Assembly: GCF_009914755.1 (NCBI RefSeq)
Contig: NC_060936.1
DNA from: the human T2T-CHM13v2.0 reference genome, Homo sapiens
Length of the DNA stretch: 64,000 bases
Reading direction: 5' to 3' (one strand)
Positions 31,629-42,504 of the stretch are shown here, piece by piece. How positions within the stretch are numbered: the first letter of the stretch is position 1; every line of letters begins with the position of its first letter. The position numbers and the translations under genes are program-made. The notes beneath the pieces were generated by a model that saw nothing but the letters and a program-made list of their open reading frames with translations, was not told the DNA's origin and ran no database searches.

Positions 31629-32985
31629 CCAACTCAGTGTTTAAACACGGATGGGGATTTACAGGTTCCTGAGTCAGGACCATCTGTGGGGAGGCTGGGC
31701 CCAGGGCTCCTGCACCTGCACTGGCATGAGGCTCGTCCCTCATCTTCTCTGCCTCCCCGGATGGAAACGGAGGCTTTTTCCCAGCACTCCCATCGCAAGT
31801 CCCAGGCTGGTTCTCATTGGCTGCGGTGAGTCATGTGTCCGTCCCAGAACCAATCAGGGAAATGGGATGGAGTCGAATGTTGGTCAGGGCTGCCTCCCAT
31901 GATTTCTTTGTGCAGTTAGCACCGGTGGACACCAGGAGCTGCTGGTATGGTGGGGTCGTGATCAGAGGGTGTGACCTCAGCAGAGTCTGTGCTTTCCCTT
32001 CGGTACTTCCACGTGCCTGTCTCTGAGGGCCCTGGCTGGTTGGGCCCGGGCTGCGCGTCCTGGCCCAGGCTTCCCGTCTGCAGGCTGGGTCAGGGCCCCG
32101 CAGTGAACTGGAGCAGCTCCCTGGACTGAGGGGCGTCAGGGGCCCAGGGGTGTTGGGCGGGGCGCCACGAGCCGAGGGCAGGGATCTTTGTGCAAGCAGA
32201 GGTGGTCGCGAGGGAAAGGCTTGTGGCATCAGAGCCTCCCTCACAGCGTCTACAGAGCTCCGAGCAGGGCTGGTTTTTCTTTCAGTGAATCGCTGTCAGC
32301 TGCAGAGGGGACGCCTTTGGGGCTGCGCGGTTGAGCTCTTAGGGTCTGGGGGCCGCAGCGCCTCCCCGGGGCTGCGTGAGGATCACCTGCCATCGCTTTA
32401 CCGACTCTACCCTTTAAAGAGTGTCAGAGGCTTCAGTGAGAGGTCCCCGCGCTCTCTTGGGGTCTGGGAGGACCATTCATTTTGTCAACCAACATGCAAA
32501 AACGCTTTCAGAGCGGACTCCAGTCATCAAACTCCTGGCCGGAGCATGGCCAGTTGGGAGGGGCTTTAAAGGACGTTTAGTGACAGACGGTGGGAAGGGT
32601 AAGTTGTATTCAAGTCTCTGCTGTTCCTTGTTCTCCCTTTCTCTCTACTGACTTAAACCCTCTAGAACCGCAGGGCCTGGGCAGAACAGGCCCCTGTGTC
32701 AGACACTGTCCTGGTCATCTGGCTTTCATGTCTGACCGTGGTCAGTGACAGCTGGGGTTCCGAGGTGGCTCTGCCTGGCTCCTTCACCACCCACACGGCG
32801 TGGGGCCGAGCGCCAGGAACCCAGCACCCCTGTGTCTCCCAGCTTCACTAGAGTCCCTTTTGTCATTCCTGAGGGGACATTACCTTCAGGGCCCCACCCC
32901 CTACCCCACTCCTTGTTGTCAGTGGCCATCATTCCTGGAGGACAGAATGAGCCCTCAAACTCATTACATAATTGAATTACCTGGG

Positions 32986-32988
<3 letters not shown>

Positions 32989-33023
<35 letters not shown>

Positions 33024-33293
33024 GACAGAGTCTTCGCTCTGTCGCCCAGGCTGGAGTGCAGTGGCACGATCTTGGCTTACTGCAACCTCTGCTTCCCAGG
33101 TTCAAGCAATTCTCTTGCCTCAGCTGGGACTACAGGCAGGTGCCACCAAGCCCAGCTAATTTTTGTATTTTTAGTAGAAACAGGGTTTCACCATGTTGGC
33201 CAGGCTGGTCTCTAACTCCCGACCTCAGGTGATCCACCCGCCTCGGCCTCCCAAAGTGCTGGGACTGCAGGCGTGAGCCACTGCGCCCGGCCC
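32989..33293 (-). mobile_element. AluS with T33 tail and a 12-bp internal deletion
   Basis: Antisense Alu; ctcttgcctcagc|tgggactacagg lacks the consensus ctcccgagtagc. Confidence 0.94.
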
Positions 33294-33487
33294 TGGGAAG
33301 CTTTAAGAGTATTCCTGTCTAAGCTCCACCTCCTGAAGTTTCGGCTTGTTGGCCTTTAGAATCTTCCAGGTGACTCTCAGCACAGCTGGCTTGAGGTCCT
33401 CATGCCCTCTTGGGACATTGGTAGCAACAGGCAGATTGGAAGGGAGGCAAGAGCTGAATGGGGCAGCCTTAAAAGATTCCAGGTTCA

Positions 33488-33789
<302 letters not shown>

Positions 33790-33806
33790 GGTTCCAGGTT
33801 CAAGTG

Positions 33807-34015
33807 CAGAGGCCAGCAAACTGCAGCAGTGTGGCCCACTACCTGCTTTTGTAGATCGAGTTTTCTTGGCACACAGCCACGTCCATTGATTTGCACATTG
33901 TCTGTGGCTGCTTTCAGGCTAAAACAGCTGAGCCGAATAGTTGCAACAAAGACTGCGTGGCCCGCAAAGCCAAAAATACTAACTGGCTCTTGGCAGAAGG
34001 CATATCAACCTCTGG
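33807..34015. mobile_element. MER58A-like hAT-Charlie element
   Basis: cagaggccagcaaac...cacagccacgtccattgattt...gttgcaacaaagactgcgtggcccgcaaagccaaaaata. Confidence 0.75.
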
Positions 34016-34600
34016 GCCAGGGGGTGCCGTGGAGGTTCCAGCCTACCCCTGCGGGGAGTGCCGTGGAGGGGAGTTGGGGGTCTTGTCCCTCTCACGTCTT
34101 CAGAGGATCCCAGGGTTTGTGCCATCTGGGCCAATTCCTCATTTACCCACAAGTCATCAGCCTTATTTCCAGATGAAGAAAGCAGGTTTTGGGATAACAA
34201 GTATAGCATGACCCCATTTGTTTAAAAAGTTAAAAGCTCTATATGGGTACACACCCACATGTGAACATATAACTGAATAAGAAAATGCCCAGACAGATGC
34301 ACACAAAATAATGGTTCCCTAAGGAGAGGTTTGGGTTTGGGGAGTATGTGCTTCAAGATTATATGCACCTAAAAACACCCATGTATTGCCTGCATAATTT
34401 GAAAATTAAAAACTTTTAGGAAGCTGTGTGTTTACATTAGAACATCAGCTTCCCTGTGTCCTGGCAAGGTTCATCCTGAAAAGGCAAGAATTTGGGAGAC
34501 AGTAAAGGGTCACTGTGGGGCCTGCTGGGCCTAGGGTTGAGGAGAAAAGGGCAGAGCCTAGCCACTTCCAGTAACACCCCCCACCAGGCGTCTACAGCCA

Positions 34601-34735
34601 AACACACACACTGCCCACCGCCCCTTCTCGAATTGTTCTCGGCTGTAACACACACACTGCCCACCGCCCCTTCTCGAATTGTTCTCGGCTCTAACACACA
34701 CTGCCCACTGCCCCTTCTCGAATTGTTCTTGGCTA
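34601..34735. repeat. 44-46-bp tandem repeat, 3 copies (ACACACTGCCCACCGCCCCTTCTCGAATTGTTCTCGGCT)
   Basis: CTGCCCAC recurs at 34611, 34657 and 34701. Confidence 0.9.
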
Positions 34736-34818
34736 TAAGGCAGGGAAATGGCTTTTCATTCACTCGGTGATTCTAGTTACACAAAATGTGAACATGGCCA
34801 TAGGCCCGTTATTCCCTG

Positions 34819-35205
34819 GTGTCTTAGTCTATAGGGCTGCTGTAACACGGGACCACAGGCTGCACAGCTTAAACAAATTTATTTTCTCACAGTTTTGGAA
34901 GCCAGAAGTCCAAGATCGAGGTGTCGTCAGGGTTGGTTCTCCCGAGGCCTCTCTCCTTAGCTTGTAGATAACTGTCTTTTCCCTGTGTCCTCACATGCTT
35001 TTCCCTCTGTGCATGTCTGCGTCTTAATCTCCTCTTAAAATAAGTGACTGCCTAAGCCAGTCATTGGATTAAAGCTCACCCTAGTGACCTCGTTTTAACA
35101 TAATTATGTCTTTAAAGAACCTGTCTCTAAGAGGTCTTGTTCTTAGGTACGGAGGCTTAGGGCTTCAGCATATGAATTTGAGGGGACATAGTTCAGCCCA
35201 TAACG
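34819..35205 (-). mobile_element. MLT1A/B-type MaLR solo LTR
   Basis: tgtcttagtc...gggctgctgtaaca...aaatttattttctcacagttttggaagccagaagtccaagatc...catatgaatttgaggggacatagttcagcccataac. Confidence 0.85.
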
Positions 35206-35419
35206 CCTGATTTTCCAGAAGCCACAGAGCCTAGACACCCCGTTCCCCCAAAGAACAGGGACTCTGGATGTCAGGGGCACTTTAGCCTGAGCCTTCAAAA
35301 TGGCTTGTTCTGTGCTGGCCCCACCGAGGAAAGAAGGAGAGTGCCTCCAGGTCTGGGGAAGAGAAGGAGTCTCTGATTTAAAATCTTTGTCTCCCTTGGG
35401 GAGAAGCCAGGGTAGCTAT

Positions 35420-35626
35420 GTGTCTACATAGAGACAGAGATATGGTTACAGATATATATACAGAGGTGTAGATGCAAACAGATACATAGAGACAGATACA
35501 CAGATGGAAATGTAGATACAGATATAGGCAGATACATGGATACAGATACAAATACAGAGATAGATACAGATGCATTGCTATAGATGCATAGGTACAGATA
35601 AGCATAAATATAGATACAGATATATA
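35420..35626. repeat. Degenerate (TAGATA/CAGATA)n simple repeat, continuing at 35972-36030
   Basis: Directly visible. Confidence 0.85.
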
Positions 35627-35971
35627 CAGATGCTCCTGAACTTACAATGGGATTAAGTCCTGATAAACTCATCATAAGCAGAAAATACCATAAATTGAAA
35701 ATGCATTTAATACATATAACCTACAGAACATCATAGCCTAGCCTACCTCAAACATTCTCAGAACTCTTACATTAGCCTAGAGTTGGGCAAAATCATCTAA
35801 CACAAAGCCTCTTTATAATGCAATGTTGAATATCAAATGAGTTGAATACTGGAAGTGAAAAACTAGTTGTATAGGTTTGCAGAGTACAGTTTGTACTGAC
35901 ATGTCTTGCTTTCACACCACTGAAAAGGTGAAAAATTATTACTCGAACCTTCCTAAGTTAGGAACTGCCTG
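35627..35971. mobile_element. MER47A-like TcMar-Tigger MITE with TA target duplication
   Basis: TA|CAGATGCTCCTGAACTTACAATGGG...TAAGTTAGGAACTGCCTG|TA; internal gggcaaaatcatctaacacaaagcct. Confidence 0.85.
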
Positions 35972-36034
35972 TAGATACATGTAGATACTGATACATAGAT
36001 ACGGATACCTAAATACAGGCAGACAGAGACATAC

Positions 36035-36415
36035 TGCTGTGGTTTGAATGTTTCCCTCAAAGTTCATGTAACTTAATTTCCAGTGCGACAGGTTCGGAGA
36101 GGTGGAACTTTAGGAGCTGATTAGGTTGTGAGGGCTTTGCTCTCGTGAATAAGTTAATGCTGCTGTTGTGGGAGTGGTTTCATTATTGAACGAGTGGGTT
36201 TCTGATGAAAAGATGAGTTTTGCCCCCTTCTCTCTCTCTGTGCTCTCTTGCTTTTCCGACTTCTGCTATGGGACAGTGTAGCAAGAAGTCCCTTACCAGA
36301 TGCAGGCCCCTCAACTTTGGATTTCCCAGTCTCCCAAACTGTAATAAATCTCTGTTCTTTATAAATTACCCAGTCTGTGGTATTCTGTTATAGTAGCAGA
36401 AAACAGACTGAGGCA
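36035..36415 (+). mobile_element. MST-family (MSTD-like) MaLR solo LTR, sense to ADGRD1
   Basis: tgctgtggtttgaatgtttccctcaaagttcatgt...aataaatctctgttctttataaattacccagtctgtggtattctgttatagtagcagaaaacagactgaggca. Confidence 0.87.
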
Positions 36416-37399
36416 CCCACTGTTGTGTAAACTAGCTATTTGTATGTGTGTATGTACCTGTATAGCCCTTTCATTGTGAAATAGTGGTGTCCAGCTCAGT
36501 GTTTATTCACAAATCAACATTCTGGTGACCCTGAGCTAGGTCAAGAAACAGAACACCAGGATTCCTATGCAGTCCTGCCTCCCTCCTCCCACCAGAGATC
36601 ACCGTGATCTTGGCCTTCATAGTAGCCACGAGACCTTTGCTTTACAGTTCTACTGCCTCCATGTGCATTCCAGTTTTTCTTCTGCAGTGAGGCCTGTGAG
36701 TTGTTTCTTTGACATCTGCCTTTAGTGGGGAGATGCTTAGCTGCTGGAATATCCATGGTACTCACACTGTACATGCCTCAGTCCCAGGGCATTTTCCGAT
36801 TTGTAGTCGAGTGTGGGTGTACCATACAGCAAGGCATGGATGAGGATGAGTGAAATGGAGTGAGGGGGGCCAGGCCTGATTCTGTATTATATTTTCATGA
36901 AATGTCAGATTTGTGCCACTCGCAGCCAAAGTCCCCCACCGCACCGATGCAGGATTGGAGGCCATGGTGAGCCGCTCCTCCTCTTAGGAAGCCACAGCAA
37001 ATGTATCATCCTGATAAGATGGAAAAAATGTGCCTGGAAAATGAAACCAGACTGACCCAGGCTAAAAGAAAAAAAAAGACCCAGCAAAATCTTTGGAGAA
37101 AAAGGAAAGATGATGAATTCTGACAAGTAATAATGTGATCAGCTTAACTGTTATGAAACACTTAGAGTGCATCTTAACGCAAAGCGGTCAAGATAAAGTA
37201 AAGGACTTGAAATCTCAAATTAATCACTCGTAGTGTTTCATGTTGGCAAAACATTTTGCTGCAAGTTGATCATCCTTTCGGTGGCCTTGTCAGAAAAGTC
37301 TGGGAACAGTTATGTGTGCATCTTTCAGCTTTACAGCTGAGAGGTCCGGGGCAGAACCACGCTTTATAGCCTCCAGAGGCAAAGCAGGAGTGATGATGA

Positions 37400-38225
37400 G
37401 ACCTCTGAGCTCATGTGGGTGTTGGTTGTGATGGGACCCTGAGCTCAGATGGGGTGTTGGTTGGGTTGGTTGTGATGGGACCCTGAGCTCAGGTGAGGTG
37501 TTGGTTGGGTTGGTTGTGATGGGACCCTGAGCTCAGGTGGGGTGTTGGTTGGGTTGGTTGTGATGGGACCCTGAGCTCAGGTGGGGTGTTGGTTGGGTTG
37601 GTTGTTATGGGACTCTGAGCTCAGGTGGGGTGTTGATTGTGTTGGTTGTGATGGGACTCTGAGCTCAGGTGGGGTGTTGGTTGTGTTGGTTGTGATGGGA
37701 TTCTGAGCTCAGGTGGGGTGTTGGTTGTGTTGGTTGTGATGGGACCCTGAGCTCAGGTGAGGTGTTGGTTGTGTTGGTTGTGATGGGATTCTGAGCTCAG
37801 GTGGGGTGTTGGTTGGGTTGGTTGTGATGGGACCCTGAGCTCAGGTGGGGTGTTGGTTGGGTTGGTTGTGATGGGACCCTGAGCTCAGGTGGGGTGTTGG
37901 TTGGGTTGGTTGTGATGGGACTCTGAGCTCAGGTGGGGTGTTGGTTGGGTTGGTTGTGATGGGACTCTGAGCTCAGGTGGGGTGTTGGTTGTGTTGGTTG
38001 TGATGGGATTCTGAGCTCAGGTGGGGTGTTTGACTGTGTTGGTTGTGATGGGATTCTGAGCTCAGGTGGGGTGTTGATTGTGTTGGTTGTGATGGGATTC
38101 TGAGCTCAGGTGGGGTGTTGGTTGGGTTGGTTGTGATGGGACCCTGAGCTCAGGTGGGGTGTTGGTTGGGTTGGTTGTGATGGGACCCTGAGCTCAGGTG
38201 GGGTGTTGGTTGATGGGAACTCTGC
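37400..38225. repeat. 44-bp G/T-rich VNTR, ~18 copies (GGGACCCTGAGCTCAGGTGGGGTGTTGGTTGGGTTGGTTGTGAT)
   Basis: GAGCTC recurs about every 44 bp from 37441 to 38190. Confidence 0.97.
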
Positions 38226-38726
38226 ACTCACTCAAGTTGCTCGAGATCCTCTCCAGCATCTCCAGGCATCCCTCTCATGGGTCCCAGGCTTCACGGTTTC
38301 TCCATCCCCTGAATCACTGGAACACTGCATGGCTGAGTTTCTATTCCACCTGACCCCAAGGACACTGCTCCGTCATTCACAGGAAATGGGTTTCATATTA
38401 TTTCCTTTTAATTTATAATTGTTTAAAACTAAAATTTAAAGAATCTGATTTTTGAATTGGCAACACAAAATTTACAGGAAAAGCTTAAGAATCTATGCAT
38501 AAATGTGTCTGCCTATGTATGTTTTTGCATTCCCTGGTTTCCACCCTCCCTCCAAACAGGCAACCCGTGATGCTGGTTTCATGGGTATCCTGGGGTTTTG
38601 TGCAGATAGGGGGACTGTAACTACATACCCACCCCATGGCGGCCTTCAGTGTATGTGGGGTGTGGCTTCTTCGCCAAGGAAGAGCTGCCTGAGTCTGTCT
38701 CAGACCCACAAAGTGTTCCATAGAGT

Positions 38727-39441
38727 GGGTGTGGACAGCAGCCCTGCCCTGCTGTCTGGGTGTGGACGGCAGCCCCACCCTGCTGTCTGGGTGTGAGTGA
38801 CAGGCCGGCCCTGCTGTCTGGGTGTGAGTGACAGCCCCGCCCTGCTGTCTGGGTGTGAGTGACAGGCCGGCCCTCCTGTCTGGGTGTGAGTGGCAGCCCC
38901 GCCCTGCTGTCTGGTGTGAGTGACAGGCCCGCCCTGCTGTCTGGTGTGAGTGACAGGCCGGCCCTGCTGTCTGGGTGTGAGTGACAGCCCCGCCCTGCTG
39001 TCTGGGTGTGAGTGACAGGCCGGCCCTGCTGTCTGGGTGTGAGTGACAGGCCCGCCCTGCTGTCTGAGTGTGAGTGACAGGCCCGCCCTGCTGTCTGGTG
39101 TGAGTGACAGCCCCGCCCTGCTGTCTGGGTGTGAGTGACAGGCCCGCCCTGCTGTCTGGGTGTGAGTGACAGGCCGGCCCTCCTGTCTGGGTGTGAGTGG
39201 CAGCCCCGCCCTGCTGTCTGGGTGTGAGTGACAGGCCTGCCCTCCTGTCTGGGTGTGAGTGACAGGCCGGCCCTCCTGTCTGGGTGTGAGTGACAGGCCC
39301 GCCCTGCTGTCTGGGTGTGAGTGACAGGCCCGCCCTGCTGTCTGGGTGTGACAGGCCCGCCCTGCTGTCTGGGTGTGAGTGACAGCCCCGCCCTGCTGTC
39401 TGGGTGTGAGTGACAGCCCCGCCCTGCTGTCTCGGTGTGGA
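38727..39441. repeat. 30-31-bp VNTR, ~23 copies (CTGCTGTCTGGGTGTGAGTGACAGGCCCGCC)
   Basis: Directly visible, with variant units (GGCCGG, CCCCG, GCCCG). Confidence 0.97.
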
Positions 39442-40605
39442 CGTTCAGGTTGTTTCCAATCTTGTTACAGATGAGGCCCCCGCCTGTGTCAGTGGGTGAG
39501 GTACCCGGAATAGAAATCCCTCAAGGGAAAGGGGCAGGAGTTGCAGAATGGCAGAGTCAGGACCTGGGGAAATCTCCACTCCCAAAACAAGGAAAGAACT
39601 GGAAGAATTGTTTTGAAAAAATAGTCGGAATTCTAGAAACAAAGGCATGCACACTAAAAGCATTTATTCAAGAAAAACTTCTGAATCTCAGTAAGAGCAG
39701 GCAGGGTCTGTGGCAGTTTGACTTGGGGCACCTTCCATCTCCACCTCCCTCTCTGTGTGATGCTGTAGCCACCACTGGAGGCACGAAAGTGCTTCCCAGG
39801 CAGATGGCCAAGGCCAGCCTGCCCCGAGGGCATGGGCCGCACTCACACATCAGTGACCATCAGCCATCTGCAATTGAAATCCCCACTCGAAGTAATAACT
39901 GCACATTAGTCACGCGTTTGTCACTGTCCTAGTTGAATCATCACTGCATTTGAAAACCACTGACCTGTCATCCACGCTGCTCCCGCTTGCTGCTCCTAGT
40001 TGAGTGTGGCTTTCTTCTCGTCGTTACACAGTGAGGTTGGCTGGGGGGCATCAGCGTTTCTGGACATGCTCTTTGTGCAGACACCATGCTGGGTGGCTAA
40101 TGTGTTGACTTCTTTTCCCTTCCCTGGCCTTTGGACACTTCTGTTATTAGCCTCACTTTACAGATGGGAAAATAAGGGCAACTAAGGTGCATCCGACTGT
40201 CAGCTGAGCTGGGCGTGAGCTGAGCTTCCAGGTGTTGAGGTGGTCAGTGAAGACAGGAGCCGAGGAGGGAACAGTTGGGGTGCTCACTGCCACAATAGTG
40301 TCCTAAGGGGCTAGGCAGGAGGGGGCGGCCCCACCACGCACCACTCTCTCCCAAAGAACAGCACCAGGAGGGTCTGAAGCCTCCGTGCAGACAGGGCCGG
40401 TCTCCTGCTGAGAGAGCCCTGGGCGGAGGGCTCCTGCTGATTCATGGGCTCGGGAGCTGCGCGAGGAGGAAGGGGAAGGGCTCACAGTGGAAAAGTCCTG
40501 GGCACAGAAGGTGGCTTCAAGGCCCCTAGGGTGAGGCGGGCTCAGCAGTTGCTTCAGAAAGGCCTGGCGCGGGCACCTAGGCGAGGGGTGCAGGTGTGCG
40601 GAACA

Positions 40606-40693
40606 GCGATGCTGGCCCATCCCGTGCGGGGGAAGAGCGAGGCCGGCCCATCCCGTGCGGGGGGAGAGCGAGGCTGGCCATCCCGTGCGGGGC
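40606..40693. repeat. 31-bp tandem repeat, ~3 copies (GGCCCATCCCGTGCGGGGGAAGAGCGA)
   Basis: Units at 40614, 40645 and 40676. Confidence 0.85.
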
Positions 40694-41628
40694 CCCAGTG
40701 GCTGCCCTCCGACTGCAGCTCCCTTCAGAGACTGCCAGGCTCTGGCCGCGCCCAGGCTGGCGTGGGGACAGCAGCTGCCCTGTGAGGCCGGCGAGGTAGA
40801 GCCCTGTTCATTGCCTGAAAGTTCGAGCCTGAGAGTTCACACAGAGGACTTTATCCTGGAACTGGACTCCTTGCTGACTCTGTACACGGCCTCAGAATTT
40901 TTCAGACACAAGGGAGAAGGCTAACCCTCACCCTAACCCCGCAGCCAGAGGACACTAGGGGGTTCTTCCCCATGCTGTGCCTGCCTCGCCAGCCTCCTAC
41001 TGAGGGAGCTGCCCAGGTGAGGGGCAGGTTGTGCCGAAGCCTCTGCCGGGGCCCCTCAGTGCCCCGCCCAGCCCCATAGGTCCCAACAGGAGCCTTCCAG
41101 CAGTTTCCCAGCAAGGAGGGGTGCTGGCAGGAGATGATGCCCCTCTGCCGCAGCTTCTGTGGCTCGCACAGCCGCAGGCCTGGGCCGGGGCGGGAGATGA
41201 GAGCCAGCTCCTGTGCCGGGGCCTGGCACATTGAGCAGTCGTTTGCACAGTGGGCACTATCCTTCTCATCACCTGGGGCACTGAGGCTCCGAGGACCTGG
41301 GTGAGTTGCCCAGGGTCACACTAACGAAGCAAATGCTAAGATGAGGTCTGGCCCAGGCTCATGCCCTCATGCCCGGATGTGTTCCTGGGACTAGAACTCG
41401 TCTCTGCTGTCTTCTCAGTGCAGGTGCTCTCAGAGGCAAGCTTGCATGTTGTGTGTGTTGGTAAAAGCCCACGGAACAGGGTGAGATTTGTCCCAGTGAC
41501 GCCCCTGTGTCCCAGGAGCCCTGGCTGGGCAGGGGTAGCCTGTGGTGAGGGCAGTGGCCAGGCGGACGCAGCTCTCCTGCAGGTGCAGCCCAGGCCCCCC
41601 TCACCTTCCTCCATGGTTTCTTGTGCAG

Positions 41629-41720
41629 GTCAACATTGGCATCCTCATCGCTGTGACCAGAGTCATCTCACAGATCAGCGCCGACAACTACAAGATCCAT
41701 GGAGACCCCAGTGCCTTCAA
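41629..41720 (+). CDS. ADGRD1: ADGRD1 coding exon F (TM5 end + ICL3): [30 protein letters not shown](K)
   Basis: Acceptor tttcttgtgcag|GTC, donor AA|gtaagt; 92 nt, phase 0 to 2. Confidence 0.94.
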
Positions 41721-42485
41721 GTAAGTTGACCTCAGGCTGCCAGCAGTGCCACGGCCCTTCTGCCCCCAGAGGATGCTTTGAGGTCACAGGAGAGATAGCC
41801 ACTCCTGCCTCCTGTGGCCGGCACCAAAGTCCTCCACTTGCTCCGTGTCCCTGCCATCTCAGGGCAGCTCTGGTTTCACGCCCTCGCTTGGCTCTCGTGA
41901 CCCAGGACAGGGCCTTTACCCAGCCCCAGAGCTCCCATGTGTAGAAGAACGGAGTCTACGGAGTTCTCCTAGGGATTTCTTCACCCCAGGGTGATGAGCA
42001 GCTGGGGGGCGGCAACGGGGAAGATTCTAGAGCCAGAAAGCCCCTGCCAGTCCCGCATCTGCCCTGGCCATCTGCTGGGCTCAGCGAGTTTAGCCCCTCA
42101 GCACCTCGCCTTCCTCACGTGCAGAACGGGATGATAACAGGTTCCCCCTCAGCTGGCACATCAGGGAAGGTGCAAGGGAGAGCAGTGTCCTGGTGTGCTC
42201 TGGGCTGCCCCGCCTGGAGAAGGGGCGGGGTCTCTGGGAGGGATTCCAGCCACACAACTCACTGCCATCGGGGGTGTCCTGACCTGCATCTCTTACGGCC
42301 CAGCCGATTGCAGGTGACAGAAATCCCAGCATGCACTGGCCTAAGCAGAAGGGGGACTCACTGACGCAGCTGACTGTGAAGTCCGGAGCTCAGAAGCCCT
42401 GGCGTTGCAGGAATTCTTTGGCAGTTGCAGCACGGGGGCCCAGCTCGCCTTCGCATCCTTAGTGTTGGCTTCAGGCCGAGGTCGA

Positions 42486-42504
42486 CTCTGCCCCCTGGTG
42501 GCCG
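42486..42504 (-). promoter_or_regulatory. CTCF core motif candidate (CGGCCACCAGGGGGCAGAG on the - strand)
   Basis: Matches the CCASYAGRKGGCRS consensus without mismatch. Binding itself cannot be shown from sequence. Confidence 0.55.

Noticed and set aside
40921-40940. CTAACCCTCACCCTAACCC telomere-like stretch
   Set aside because: Only ~3 imperfect units, too short to call an interstitial telomeric sequence.
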